DNA of 61,960 nucleotides from Octopus bimaculoides (GCF_001194135.2 NC_068990.1:65550160-65612119); one strand, 5' to 3'. Positions 25,941-42,948 are shown, counted from the stretch's first letter. The notes: generated by a model from the sequence alone, not told the origin. A program made the numbers and translations.

Positions 25941-27035
25941 TGTGCAAATACGAAAGCAGCAAAAGACCACATTCTATTGCCAAGGAAGCTTTCAAATTCG
26001 CATGGTAACTTGGCATTAACCCTGTATTAGATGAATAACCTGAAACCACTGCCACGAAAAAAGCAAAACGGATGAAGCAAACTGCAAAAAAGAACGGGCA
26101 GAAACAAACTGAGGAGCAGTGGAGTCACAAATCCCTGCATAGACAGTATATACTTCGAAGTTGAAATGCTGATGTAGACCAAGCAACAACCCATCAGTGG
26201 CTGAGAAGCTCAGGACTGAAGGTTTCATATTGGCGACACAAGATCAACGCTTGCTTTCCAAAAGCTACGAGGCTAATGTTCTTCAAAACAGTTCTGACCC
26301 TAAATGCGGATTCAGCGATAAATTTGATGAAACAATAGACCATCTCGTCTCGGGATATCCTGTGCTTGCATCAAACGAATACAAAAATCGCCACGACAGT
26401 GTAGGACAGTATTTACATGGGAAAATATGTAAACACTACAAAATCAGCACTCTTACTAACTGGTATGAACATCGTCCTGAGCCAGTCATTGGAGGTAAAA
26501 ATGCTACTAACCGCTGGGACTTTCCAGTCAACACCGACAGAACGAATCCAGGCGAATCGACCAGACGTAGTCATTAAAGACAGAGAAGAAAATACTTGCA
26601 GACTAATAGATATAAGTTTTCCCACTGATAAAAATAAATCTGTAAAGAAATTTGATAAATTAACTAAGTATAAGGACTGGAAATTGAAATACAAAAAATG
26701 TGGTATCTTAAAGCGAGAACTGTTACTGTTGTTATAGGTGCCCTTGGTATGATAAGAAAGGGATGCCAGAAACATCTCTAGATAATATCCCAGGAGACCA
26801 TGTCTCAGAGAAAACCAAAAGATTGTGCTGACAAGTACTGCTTACATCCTTAGAAAAACCCTCTAAATGTAAATGTATGTGTTGTATTACATGAAGATAT
26901 TTCGCCACTGCCCCTGTCACTTGCTTTCCTCAAGCATTCAGTATTACTATTACATCTGTTATCTTTCACTCGTCCTAGGACGCTGGGTGTGTCTCACTCG
27001 GAGAGCGATTGTAACAAACATGCCGATTAAAAGTT
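25940..27035 (+). mobile_element. R4/Dong-like RLE LINE, 5'-truncated (F3)
   Basis: Reads EGFILATQDQ..PKCGFSDKFDETIDHLVSG..EYKNRHDSVG..ANRPDVVIKDREENTCRLIDIS..VIGALGMIRK. AAT on both sides. Confidence 0.9.
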
Positions 27036-27045
27036 AATAATAATG

Positions 27046-27117
<72 letters not shown>

Positions 27118-27119
<2 letters not shown>

Positions 27120-27722
27120 GGAAACACAAAGCACCTCCCGTGCTTGAAAATGATCCCATTTCACTCCTCTGGAACTTCACCATTCAAACTGACAGAAAGA
27201 TAGATGCAAATAGGCCAGACATTATATTGAAAGACTTCAGACAAAAATCATGCCTCCTCATTGATATATATGACTGTCCAATCGATATAAACATATCTGT
27301 CAAGATCTACCAAAAACTGAGCAAGTATAAAGATCTTGAAATAGAAATTAGCAAAATGTGGAACCTGATGATTAAAACAATACCTGTTGTCATAGGTGCC
27401 CTGGGAATGATCGCAAAAGGGGCTGATTGCTACCTAGCTCAGATACCAGGAAACCCCCAAATGGCAGAAATTCAAAAGATAGTGCTCATGGAAACTGCCA
27501 TATCCTACGTAAAATACTGATTATGTAATCTCAAATTTCAAAACAAACTCATAATTTTCTTATGGTTTCTTAAACATTCTCTAGAACAATACTATGTACA
27601 AAACCAAATATATGTCACCCTAGGCCATAACATCAACATGAACTTTTAACTTGTTGTCTCTTGAAGTCTCTGGGTGAGACTTGGAGCCAACCTGTACAAA
27701 TGCAAAGCAAAAAGTCAAACAT
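27118..27722 (+). mobile_element. R4/Dong-like RLE LINE 3' portion (F6)
   Basis: Reads LLWNFTIQTDRKIDANRPDIILKDFRQKSCLLID..KLSKYKDLEIEISKMW..IPVVIGALG. AAT on both sides. Confidence 0.9.
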
Positions 27723-27786
27723 AAAATAATAATAATAATAATAATAATAATTATTATTATTATAATAATAATAAATAATAATAATA

Positions 27787-28019
27787 ATCCTTTCTACTAT
27801 AGGTACAAGGTCTGAAATTTGGGGAGGGGGCAGCCATTTTGGGGAAGAGAAAAGTCGATTACATCGACCTAGTGTTTTACTGTTACTTAATTTACCGACC
27901 TCGAAAGGACGAAAGGCAAAGTCGACTTCGGCGGAATTTGAACTCAGAACGTAGCGACAGACGAAATGCTGCTAAGCATTTCGCTAACGTGCTAATGATT
28001 CTGCCAGCTCACCACCTTA
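27787..28019 (-). mobile_element. SINE family A
   Basis: Full-length match to the other copies; AAT tracts on both sides. Confidence 0.9.
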
Positions 28020-28175
<156 letters not shown>

Positions 28176-28559
28176 CTTTCTACTATAGACAGAAAGTCTA
28201 AAAATGAATTATTTCCCATTCTTTCTAAGTTTCTTAATTCTTATGATTCTGATAACTGCTTTAAGTAAAACAATGACAGAAATTACACTGTTTATTCAAA
28301 AAACATCATTAGGAGGTTTTTATTGGCACAAGAAAGGAAAAAAAAGCAAATATATCTGAACTCATAAAACATATTTTGTGACTAAATAACCAACAACCTA
28401 TATAACATATATACATATAAATAGAATGTAAGCCAATACTAACTACTACAATAAATTAATCTTTTATTGATAATGTTGAAATGGCATAAGATAATTCAAA
28501 GCAATATGTCACAGGGGTCAAGGTTATGTTTGAAGCCAATTTAGATAATGAAATTTGCT

Positions 28560-30925
<2,366 letters not shown>

Positions 30926-31460
30926 ATTGGACCTCCCGGCGTTTTTTAAAACAAATAAAACAAACAAAAATGTAAAAGAATAAGGAAAATAATACTTAAA
31001 CAAAACCAAAAAAAAAAACCTATGAGACAAATAAAGGCAAACAGAAGAATTAACTTCAGAGGTGAAAGAGAAAGAAAACGAGAGAAGAAAGAAAGAGAAA
31101 GGAAAACAGAGAAAGTGTGAGTGGAAAGGAAAAAGCGAGAGAGACAGAAGGAAAGCTAGATAGGAAGAGAGAAAGTGAGAGAGTGTGAGGGAACGAAAGA
31201 AAGCAAGCCAGAAAGCGAGAGAGGAAGAGAGCGAACAATAAACAAAACCTTTTTTTCTTCAATATCGCAAACATATTTAAACACAAACTATTTATAAAGT
31301 AAGAAAAATAAACATAAATATATTCAATCCATATAACATCCCTAAAAGATAAAATAATGTTCGACTGGTAATTGCTTCATTAAAACAAAGACAACACCGG
31401 TAGAATTCGAACGTAAAGACGGAAGAAATGCTAAGGATTTTGTTTGGTGTGCTAACAATT

Positions 31461-31674
31461 CTTTTCTACTCTAGGCACAAGGCCCGAAATTTGTGGGGAG
31501 GGGACCAGTCGATGATATCGACCCCAGTACGCAACTGGTACTTAATTTATCGACTCCGAAAGGATGAAAGGCGAAGTAAACCTCGGCGGAATTTGAACTC
31601 AGAACATGAAGACAGACGAAATACCGGTGAGCATTTCGCCCGGCGTGCTAACAATTCTGCCAGCTTGGCACTTA
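31461..31674 (-). mobile_element. SINE family A
   Basis: Full-length match. It is preceded by a shorter head fragment (about 31395-31460) and is not in an AAT tract. Confidence 0.9.
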
Positions 31675-31960
31675 AATGAGGACTAAAAATTAGAAAGGAA
31701 AAAAGAGGAAAATATCGTGGGGGAACAGAGGATGATAATTACACGCTAAGAGACATAGACAGGATTTATGAAAACAAGGTTGCGCATCTTTAGATTGTGA
31801 ATGCTTTCGGCCGTGTGTTTGCTGCCGTGTGCATATTTACATGTACGTCTCAGACATCTGCGTGTTTGGGAGTTTGTGTATATTTTCCAGCGTGTTTAAG
31901 TTTGTAGACCAGTATGTGTTTCAAGACCTCGGTATATTTCTAGGTCTGTGTTAAGTTCGG

Positions 31961-32165
31961 GGTGAAGGCGCATGGCCTAGTGGTTTAAAGGGCTGTAGTC
32001 ACAATCGGGTTGTGCATTGCATTCTTGAGCAAATCATTACACCTCACATTGCTCCAGTCCACTCTGCTGTCAATGAATAACTCTGCACCGACTAGCATTT
32101 CGTCCAGGAGAAATGTTGTGATCTCAGGCACTCATATGCCAAAGAAACCTGGTAGCTAACCCTCT
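31961..32165 (+). mobile_element. Old tRNA-derived SINE, head/core type D plus tail type R
   Basis: Head gaaggcgcatggcctagtgg; core cacattgctccagtccactctgctg; tail taactctgc..gactagcatttcgtccagg..catatgccaaagaaacctgg. Confidence 0.55.
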
Positions 32166-32289
32166 AAATCTTAGGGTTAGAAACAATAATGTCCTCGAGT
32201 TAATGATGATGATGTATGCTTTGAGGAGTGCATGTTTGTTAGCGTGTACATATTTCTACGCTTTCAAGCGTTTGCCTGTGAATGCTAGC

Positions 32290-32530
32290 TTATTCGATGC
32301 AGCAGCTGCAGGCTGGAAAAGGCCTCGTGGTAGTGCCCTCACCAGATGGCTGAAGTGATTTCCAGAGGCAAGACGCCACTGTGGAGGATGCAGAATAGCT
32401 GGAACGGGACCGCCAGGGATGGACAGCACTGATGGAGCTGGTCTGCTCTACACATGATGACGCCTCTGGTACCTCTAACTTGGAATGACCGCCCCAGGCC
32501 CATAAAGCCAGAGCATGAAGCTAAGCAAAG
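32290..32530 (+). mobile_element. Probable RTE-type LINE 3' end
   Basis: GWKRPRGSALTRWL resembles the RTE C-terminal WKRPRGRP..RW motif. Confidence 0.45.
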
Positions 32531-33478
32531 CCATGTTTCACGCTTGAATATATTTGTAGGCGCGTATATACTGAGGGTGTCTGTATGTTTACATCATAGC
32601 TATTATATAGTTCACTCCTTTGAAGGAAAATATTCCAACACCATCTGGCAAAATGGCAAATTTGAATGTTAAAAATTTAGAACGCTGTCAAAAGTGCCAA
32701 TTCTTAGCGATCGCAGATATATTTCACCTCTCTCTGCCCTCTCATATCTCCCCTCCACTTCTGCCTCTACTACTCTATACTTTCTTTTCAATTTCCATTT
32801 TCTCCCATATTATTCTCAATAATTTTTCTCTCTCTCTCTCTCGCATTCCACTCTCTCCCTTCCTCGTTCTGTTATTTCCCCTCTCTGACGCTCTTATTTA
32901 TCTTTTCCGCGTTTCATTTCCTGCCTCCATCTCTCTCTTCCTCTCTCGTTCAGTTCTCTCTTCACTCCTCTCACTCTCCATCTCTCACTTTTTTACTATT
33001 TCCTTCTTTCTTCCTCTCTTTCTCAATTCTCTCTCCTCCTGTCTTTCTCCCACTCCTTTTATTGTCTCCCTTGCTAACCTATTATATCCTCTCTTCTGTC
33101 ATAATCTCGCCTTCAATCATACTCTAACCCTAACCACTCTCTTACCATACTTACCCTCCCACTCCATTTTCTCTCTTCGACCTCCTCTTCCTCTCTCCCT
33201 CCTTCAGTCAGCAACTCACTCTTTTCATTCCCCTCTCTTTCACTCCAACCCCGTCTTTCCATCAATATCTCACAAATCTCGAACACACAAGACTACTATA
33301 TTAAATACAATTACATTACGATGTCAGAAATGGCTGAATTATGTATCGTTTTGCTAATTCATAATTTCCACTCGTTAGATATATGTTGCAGACGTCAATT
33401 ATAAAGTGCAAATGAGGATAACTCCAATGTCCTCCCACTCCATAAAACAACACCTCTAATTAATGAAAACTGAAACAA

Positions 33479-33546
<68 letters not shown>

Positions 33547-34114
33547 TAGCAACAATAGCTACGGGCTAAATAACAACATGGACGTATACTAAGAAACTCT
33601 CTCCATAAAACAAACTCAATCCAATAACTTCGGTGCGATAGAAGGAAAACTTCGCAATACAACTGTGGGAAAAGTTCTGTTAAAAAGGAAGGGAACTAAA
33701 AAACCGGAAAGATTTTTGTCATATAAAGGGTAGTTTCTTTCTTAAATGCACAATATTTCTATGCAACATACGCGAGAAGCCGAATCCAGCACCAGGAAAC
33801 CTGGAAAATCACCACTTACATAGTAAGTACGTAATTTGAATAGTTACCTATACATGCAACTGTCCACGCATTCATGTACAGATGTTAATATTCATAAGCT
33901 ATAGAAATAATGCCTACACGACGCACATGTATACACACACGGAAAATAAAAGAAAAAATACGTGTCATAGCGACGCCGTACCGAACACAAACAAAAACAA
34001 GGCGAATTCCTAGAAACGAATAAAAAATAAGAGCAAATTAGTCACTCAGTTTAAAACATAACCAAACTGTTATGCCGGGAAACAGCCACCAAAAAAAAAA
34101 AAAAAAAAAAAAAA

Positions 34115-37100
34115 ATAGAGGCGATTTTCGATCTATCAGCCTACGATATAATAAATATATCCATTCGCAGAACAAAGAAGTCGTGTCAGGTCAAAAAGTC
34201 AACTCTGATCAAGCAGACCCGTCTTCTATTGTCCCTGTCAATGCCTTAATGAAAAACCAAAACTCACACCAGATCGGTCATCACTCGGGACAAGGACAGC
34301 ATTACTCAGTGGGGAACCAAACTGGGGTCGAAAATTCTGCTGCTGAAATAAACTCTCTAAAAAACGATCTATTAGGTGACCAGATCCAGGATAACCCTGA
34401 CCTTAGGCTTGTAGTGACACCACCAAACGCATCACCTAATGCAAAACACATAAAATGGACTAGAGAGGATTATAGAAGATTATAGAGTTGTGTTGAAAGC
34501 TTTCTATACAGCCCAACTAAACCCAAATAAATTCATGGAGAAACTTGGTAGGCAATGAAGTACGCAGATATATAGATGCAAATAAACTAAGTAATGTAGG
34601 TAGAGATATCATTAAGAATAAAAGGTTGACGCTACTAGAGGAGTAAATGTCAAGACGAAACGAGCTAGAACAGTCAAGCAAAAATGTAAAATCAAAGATT
34701 TTATAAACCTCCCTGCAACCAAGGAACAATTGAAACAATGAATACAACTGAAAGCCCGACGGCTTAGAAGGTATGACAAAAGAATCAAATTTTATCGACA
34801 AAACAAGATATTCAAGACGGATGCAAAGATACTTCATAGGGAAATTGGTAAAAGATAAGAGTAAAGGAGCCACTTAAAACTGAGGAAATGGAAGAGTTCT
34901 GGAAGAAGATATGGAGCAACAAAAAAGAATATAATGCTAAAGCTGACTGGATAGAGCGTGAGAAAGTGAGACTGGATGAAGCCGAAGAGCAGAAATGGAA
35001 GGCAATAGGAACAGAAGAGCTAAGATGTGTTTTTAGGAAGTCTCACACATGGAAAACTCCAGGACTGGACCGAATTCTTCTTAACTTCTGGCTAAATTAT
35101 CTGACAGATTTACACCAAAATTTAGCTGCATCTCTGACTGATGTCATCCATAACCCAGAGCAAATACTTGCCTGGCTGATTGAAGGAACAGCATACCTTC
35201 TACCAAAAACTGAAGACACAAAAATCCAAAGAACTACCGACCAATAACATGTCTCAATACCACCTACAAGATCTTCTCTTCACAGCCATATTAACTGATA
35301 GAATATACGCTTTCCTTCAACAAAGATCTATCCTTCCACAATCTCAAAAAGACTGTAAAACAGGTGTCACCAAACCTTTTCGACTATCGACCCCCTTTAG
35401 CCACTTCTCCTTCCGCATCGACCCTTTTTAGCCACTTATCCTTCTACATCGAATCTCGTTAGTCACTTCTTCTTCCTCATCGACCTCCTTTAGCTACTTC
35501 TCTTTCTGCATCGACCACTCTCCTCATTTAAAATATCTTAATACCTTACCCTACCGTACCATATCTTAAATGCGTATCGGGTACTGATGCTGGCGATTAA
35601 AATGTTAGCTAAAATATACATGTAAGACAAATTAAGAAATTCTATTGAAGATGACTCTCTTTTTACATTCAAAACAACATGTACAAGTATACAGTATTAA
35701 ATTTTCAATTTTTATGAAATTGTTTTCACAGTTAGAAAATGTGAAGAATGCACCATATTGTTGGAATATCTTTTATTGAAATTGACAACATCAATGTGAG
35801 GTATGAGCATGGTGATCCTGAATCAAGGCATTGACACCAGGCTGAATGTTGATAAGTTTCAGTCTCAAATCATCTCGTTCCTCCTGGTTCAGGCAATTTC
35901 TATAAGCACATACTTAACAGTTCGCATCCCCTCAATTACACTTCTCAATCTTCGATTACGATACCGATTACGACATAAGACCTCGAAAGTTAGCAACAGC
36001 CGACTTCTCGCTGCAGTGGAAATTTATCATGTTTTCCCAAGTTTCATGGCGCTGACTAAGTATTTCAAGCAGTTCATCTGGGTGAGCCGGTCTCTCGCAC
36101 GCCGACCCCCATTCGACCCCTTGACTATCATCAACCCCCTATAATTGCTCACCGACCTCTAGAGAGTCCCCTTGACTCCCTTTGGTGACCCCTGGTGTAA
36201 AAGAAATACTTATGGGTACAAAGATCAATTACTCATAAGTAAAATGATTGTAGAGAATTACCGGAGCAAAAAGAACCTGAGTATGGCATAGATAGACTAC
36301 AGGAAAGCGTTTGATAGAGTCCCACATAATTGGATACTCGGGGCCCTTGAAATATATAAGATCTCTCCTGTCATCTCCAAATTCTTACAAGGTAGCATGG
36401 CCAAGTGGAACACACGTCATGTTATAAACCATAATAATGGGATGAGCCAAACAAACAACATCAACACTAAACGAGGCATCTTTCAAGGCGACTCCATCTT
36501 CCCATTACTCTTTTGCATGGTACTGATCCCACTCTCAAACGGACTAAATAATACCAGGTATTGGTTCAAAGTTTACAATACGGCAATAAACCATATGTTT
36601 TACATGGACGATCTGAAGCTGTTTACGAGAAATGACGAAGAGCTAGTAGGGCTGCTAAAATCTGTTAAAGAATTCAGCAATGACATTGGGATGGACTTTG
36701 GACTTGATAAGTGTGCTAAAGCAACTTTTGTAAGAGTCAAGCTCAGGCAAACAGAAAAGAAGACCTTGAAATGAGAATGCATGGACAATTTGAAAGGAAT
36801 ACACATAGACGTTGAGGATAATACAGCATCATGGGCATGGCTTGAGCGAGGTGATTTGAAGCGTTCCACCGAAAGCCTGATCATTGCTGCACAAGACCAG
36901 GCTCTCGCTACCAATTCAGTGAAGTATAACATCTATAAAACTTCTGACACACAGAAATGCAGACTCTGTGGAAAGAATGGAAAATGTGACCCACTTGGTA
37001 AGTGGATGAGAGAGCCTTGCACTTTATCGCTACGATAAAGTGTGTGTGTATCTTCATTGGCTCCTATGCCGTAAGTACCAATATGAAGTAACAAAGAACT

Positions 37101-37590
37101 GGTATGAGCATGTACCAAGTAAAGTTATGCAGGAGGATGGAAAAGTAACGATACTCTGGGACTATGATTTTCAGATGGATCGTGTAATCAAACACCGTCG
37201 GCCGGATATTGTCATATTGAATAAGAGAGACAAATACAGTCAGGTCATTGATGTAGCCATACCAAATGATGTGAATGTTGTGAGTAAAGAGATTGAAAAA
37301 ATCACCAAGTACTTCGAATTGAAAGTGGAAATGGCAAGACTGTATGGAATGCGAGATGGTAATGTAAAAGTGATACCAGTGGTGATCGGAGCATTAGACT
37401 CAATCCCATTGAAACTTCAAGACTTCTTAAGGCAACTGGAAATCCCATGCAAGATTGATGTCTTGCAAAAAGCAGCCTTATGGGGCACAGCGCACATCAT
37501 AAGGAAAGTATTATCTGTCTGAGGTACTTGTTGTGACTTGACAGATGACTAAAGACTCCGGTGCATTTTTACTCACTCTGTGTTACGAAG

Positions 37591-37591
<1 letters not shown>
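34115..37591 (+). mobile_element. Near full-length but internally deleted R4/Dong-like LINE (F7), with a hAT insertion
   Basis: N-terminal KWTREDY and YIDANKLSNV. RT motifs KTPGLD, IDYRKAFDRVPH, GIFQGDSIFPLLF, FYMDDLKL and FGLDKC. C-terminal IIAAQDQAL, CRLCG, RRPDIVILNK..VIDVAIP and LQKAALWGTAHIIRKVLSV* (37522). 3' UTR then (AAT)n. Confidence 0.9.
35361..36194 (-). mobile_element. Non-autonomous Buster-type hAT (834 bp) inserted in the F7 RT
   Basis: TIRs caggtgtcaccaaa / tttggtgacccctg (13/14 match). 8-bp TSD ctgtaaaa (35353-35360) and gtgtaaaa (36195-36202). Minus strand retains RNCLNQEERDDLRLKLINIQPGVNALIQDHHAHTSH*. About 30-bp subterminal tandem repeats at 35385-35520. Confidence 0.9.
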
Positions 37592-37622
<31 letters not shown>

Positions 37623-37667
37623 TTTTTAAAAAAGGATTGACATAACTCTTCACGAAGGTAAATAGTC

Positions 37668-37923
37668 AAGACGAAGAGTGCGATTTTAGATGTTTTATTT
37701 TTTGAACANNNNNNNNNNCAAAATTTCAGAAACCAAACGTAAACTATGAACGTGAGTAATCAGCGTCCATACCGTATGGACGCTGGTTACTCACGTTCAT
37801 AGTTTACGTTTGGTTTCTGAAATTTTGAATTTTCAATCACCTTTTGGTTTGAACTTGAGAAAGACAGACGTTCTGTCGAAATGTTGTTCAAAAAATAAAA
37901 CATCTAAAATCGCACTCTTCGTC

Positions 37924-37925
<2 letters not shown>
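37668..37925. mobile_element. Palindromic foldback element (MITE-like)
   Basis: 54-bp arms 37719-37772 and 37774-37827 with 1 mismatch and a 1-nt loop. Outer 41-bp arms 37668-37708 and 37885-37925. A 10-N gap lies in the left arm. Confidence 0.75.
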
Positions 37926-38285
<360 letters not shown>

Positions 38286-40199
38286 TGATGATGATAATAA
38301 TAATAATAATATTAACAACAATATGATAATACAAATAAAGAATATTTTTTAAATCATTATTTGATAAATTTGTAATAGATTTCTTTCTTACGAAATGGGA
38401 CATCACGTTATTCGTACGTGACAAAATAATAAATGCATCATCATCATCATCATCATCATCATCGCTGTCGCTCTGCCATCGTCATCATCATTACAATCAT
38501 CGTCATCATCGTCATCATCATCACCACTACTGCCACCACTACTACCACCACCACAACCACCACCACAACTACCAGAATCACTATCATTATCATCATCATC
38601 ACTATCAAAAAACAAGAGCAAAAATACAACTGAATTCCGCTGTCACCCACACCCACCCACACGTTAATATACAAAAACATACACATATTCACACATGCAT
38701 TCATTGGTACACATGCACGTACACACGCACACATACAGATCATTAAGGCATACAAACACAAACATGCGCACGCACACTCACACACACATACGCAGACATA
38801 CACACACATGCACATACACATTGGTACATACACTCACACCCTCGACAGATGAATAGACGTAAACCCAAGGGAAGTTGTTTATTAACCATCTGATATTACC
38901 TACTATAATCTTATTGGCTTTCCAACCTAAATGCAATCAACCTACATTGTACAGGCCATAATTACATTATGCTGGTTTCTATGAGACCAAATTGAGCCTC
39001 GCTGCTAAAAAGCTCTGCTGTAATGAAAGCGAAAAGGAAAACTAAACGAAGCAAGAACGAAGAAATGGAACTGACCATTTCTCGAGGCGAACGGAGAAGT
39101 TGCAGAATAGGAATTAAAACAGACTTATACATACATACATACATACATATATNNNNNNNNNNNNNNNNNNNNNNNNNNNNNNNNNNNNNNNNNNNNNNNN
39201 NNNNNNNNNNNNNNNNNNNNNNNNNNNNNNNNNNNNNNNNNNNNNNNNNNNNNNNNNNNNNNNNNNNNNNNNNNNNNNNNNNNNNNNNNNNNNNNNNNNN
39301 NNNNNNNNNNNNNNNNNNNNNNNNNNNNNNNNNNNNNNNNNNNNNNNNNNNNNNNNNNNNNNNNNNNNNNNNNNNNNNGCTTATCAAGAGCAGGGCTCAT
39401 TAGCCACCAACGGAGCCGCAAATGCAAAATATAAGTTAGTCCTAGAGCGCACAATGTTCCTGAAGGTCGGCAATGGTCTTCCTTGGTCACGAATGGATGG
39501 CCATCACATATATATATATATGTGTGTGTGTGTGTACGTACGGAAATACACATATGTATACATATGCGTACGTATGTGTTTGTGTGTACTTCTATATATC
39601 ATTCTACCAAGCTATCGGCCAGTCTGTCTATCTGTCTGTCTGTCTGTCTGTCTGTCTGCCTGTCTAAAATAATGATTTATGACATCCTTTAGAGTAACTA
39701 GTTTTATTTCTGCAACATTCCCGCTCATATAGGTCAAGGAACAGTAGACGTTCTATAACTCTGTCACAATTTGGTTCGACACTCAGGTGCCAGGCACTGG
39801 GATGCTTCTCTGAAACATAGAACATTGATAATAGTTTTACGAGTACTTTAGCGGGTCCCGCAGCTACTCAGCTTGCCTAGTTGAAACATTCAAAATTCTG
39901 AAGCGGTCGGCTATATCTCTTAATGGGAGAGTAGAAGTATTGTCCAATTACTGCCACAAGAGAAAGACCTTCTTTAAGAATTTCCAGAAACAATGAGGTC
40001 GAAATGCATAAAAATAAAATAATCAGCTTTGCCAGTTCCAACCAACTACGAAGCTGAGTAATTTACCTAGGAGTGAATTATCTCTTACAAGGACGGAAGC
40101 CCGTAAATCTACAAGCCCTATCATGTGACCAGGTTTGAATAACATGAACCGATTTTACAGATGCCCTAAAGACGTAACAACTTCCGCTATACCCCTTTT

Positions 40200-40830
40200 A
40201 TACACAATATTGTCTGAAAGATCACAGATATATGCTTCATGTACCGTATGTGTCAGTGTCCATGTGTACAAACGAAAGCAAAAGGCAATGAATCCATGAA
40301 TTAGAGTTTACATTTATTAGAAAATAGTAATTGATTAACTCCGTCGCCACTCATCTGCGTTGGTGTTTCATAAACATGGACTTGATACTCGTCATATCGA
40401 CGTTTTCAGACAACAGAACGTAGTTCTCTAGGTATGAATTCAAGAACTTCTCTAAGAGGCATGTGATAAAGCATATTTTCACTCCACCCTACAACACGAG
40501 GTAAAACGAGCAGGTAGAAAGATATGTGGACACCTTTAAGAGAGCGTTAAGAAAAGCGAGGAATGTATTCGGTAACGACAAAGCACTGACAGATTTCTTA
40601 AGAATATACCGAGTGATCCTCAATCCAAGTACAAATTCAGGGAAGTCTCCCGCAGAATTGATGTTCACAGAAGAATAAAATTCATTTTGGACAAGCTATT
40701 ACCAGAGAAAAAAAAGACGTTAAGGAAATACGAAAGAGCCAATGAAATACGTTAAGATAGGTGATAAAATGCATTTCAAAACCTATAGAAACGGTAAAGA
40801 AGGCTGGGAAGATGGCAATGTTAACAGAAC
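40200..40830 (+). mobile_element. Gypsy LTR-retrotransposon integrase remnant
   Basis: Reads SDNRT*FSRYEFKNF..HIFTPPYNTR*NEQVERYVDTFKRALRK..FLRIYRV..SPAELMF, matching the SDNG/TPPYHPRSNGQAERFV integrase core. Confidence 0.8.
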
Positions 40831-40879
40831 AGTTCTACTTAAAGGGTCATACGGTGAATATAAGAGACATATAAACCAA

Positions 40880-42135
40880 CTAAAGTAGTGGCATACCCAA
40901 GATCAGGAAAAAATTCCCACGGAAGAATTCTGTGAAATATTCGATGTACTGGTACCAAAAGTAATAGAGTTCCATAGAACCAGCATGAGAAAAATAAAGT
41001 AGTTCGAACACTTTGAGATAATACCCAAGCGAAAGAGATTACCCGTAGGAAAGACTTCTTATTAGATGTAAAATCTGTCCAGTACATGTGGGGGATCTAA
41101 ATCTTGGACGGACCATGGGCTTTTGCGTGCCTGACTGGCTCTCACTGTCCGTAAAAAGCTAAGGTGTGGCGGTACGAAAGCACATAAGCAGATTCATGTT
41201 ATATGCCAAATAACATTTCAAGAGATCGGTCTAAATTACAACGGTGATCAATGTGTAAGATTTAGTAAACAGTTCTATGAAGCTGCTTCTTTTAATTCTC
41301 TGTGATTTATTGAAAGAAAACACCAGGACCGGTTTTAACAAACAAAGATGTCACAAAATTGTTGGAAGAAAAAAAAGTGGTACTTGACAGGCTGCTCTCT
41401 TATTCTGTGTCGGAACGTGAATGAGATAAGCTAGAGAAATACTTTAAAGAGTACGAGGCTAAAATCCAGTGAAAGTTGCGGGCTGTAAAGGACGCATGGT
41501 GGTGAGAAAAAGTCGCGAAACGCAAATCTGCTGACAAACGAGATTCAAAACATTTGTACCATCAGCTGTGTGCAACGACTGGTAATGCGCTGCTGCATAA
41601 GTAAGACGAAATGAAGATCAGGCAGCAGTAGCATTTTAGCGATGTCTTGAACGGTGAGTCTGTAGCAAGTCCTGCTCTAACTGAAGGGCTTGCATAGGCA
41701 CCTGTGATCCACCAGCTTGATGATCCACCCGCTTGATGGTCCACCCGCTAATAATGAAATAACGACTATAAAATTGATGAATACCGGGAAAGCCATGGGA
41801 ATGATGGCATTGTTGCAGAACTGGTTCAGAAAGTGGTGAGGAGATACCGGGGCTAAAATCTACCGTATTTCAAGCAGTGTGGATGAGAGGCGAAGCTCCG
41901 CAACAATGGAGAAATGCCATTTTCGCTTCTTTGTATTAGAACGGAAGGAAAAACATGTAATAACTAACGTAAAATCGCCCTGTAGCCAGCTGTGGTCAAA
42001 CTCTTTGGAACGATACTTCTCAATCGGCCACTGGACCATGTTGCACCAGACATTCTTCCTGAATTACCATGAGGGTTTCGGCGAAATCGAGGTATGATCT
42101 TAACAGCACAACAGGTTCAAGGGAAGTGCAGAGGA
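40880..42135 (+). mobile_element. RTE-clade LINE remnant (end of endonuclease to early RT)
   Basis: Reads WTDHGLLRA; NTGKA..GIVAEL; VWMRGEAPQQWRNAIF; LLNRPLDHVAPDILPE..GFRRNRG..AQQVQGKCR. Confidence 0.75.
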
Positions 42136-42948
42136 CGACTTGATCTGTAGCAACGCTACACACACGCGCGCGCACACACATACATACATACACAAACACA
42201 CACACACACGCATGCACAAACACACGCAAAAATATACACACGAATACACACACATACATGTAAGGGGATATAATGGTAATGCGTTTGTGTGTATGTATGC
42301 GTGTGTACATTCTCTGAGTTGGTTTTCTTAATTTCCACCAATCAGGCATGAATGATCGCGTGTAAAGCGGCCAGAATACTCACACATACACACACACGTA
42401 TGTATGTATGTATGTATGTATGTATGTATGTATATACGTGCGAGTAGGTGTAGGCGTGCAAGTGTGAATGTCTGTGTCTGAGAGCACGAGTGCATCTACA
42501 TACACGTGTAAGTGAAAGAGCCTGGTGGTGTAGGAGCTTCATAAAAAATTGGAATACTTCTAAAGTTTTACAAAAAGATGCTAGGAAGACACCAAAACAT
42601 GATGCCAGGAACAGACACTGATAGAATTTGGGACAAAGATTTAATCTGATATTGTTATGAATATATGTCCGATAGCGGCAGCGTACGCGTGTGTCTTGCT
42701 TAGAAAGTAATCGTTAGTGTTCTTGTTGTTGTTGGTGTCGTTGTGGCTTTATGAGACAGCTTAGTAATAAGCAGGTATTATTGGCTAGGTTTGTTAAGCT
42801 TCTTTTCAGAGAAGCTGTGACTGACTAATATGACTGATTTTGGAGAAGTAAGGTATAGAATAGCAAACAGGGACGTTAAAATACGTATATGAGTGTATAA
42901 AAATGCATACACACGCATGCAAAAACAGACGCACATATTTGCCTGTAA

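Noticed and set aside
38433-38633. Poly-His/poly-Thr ORF
   Set aside because: It is a compound triplet microsatellite.
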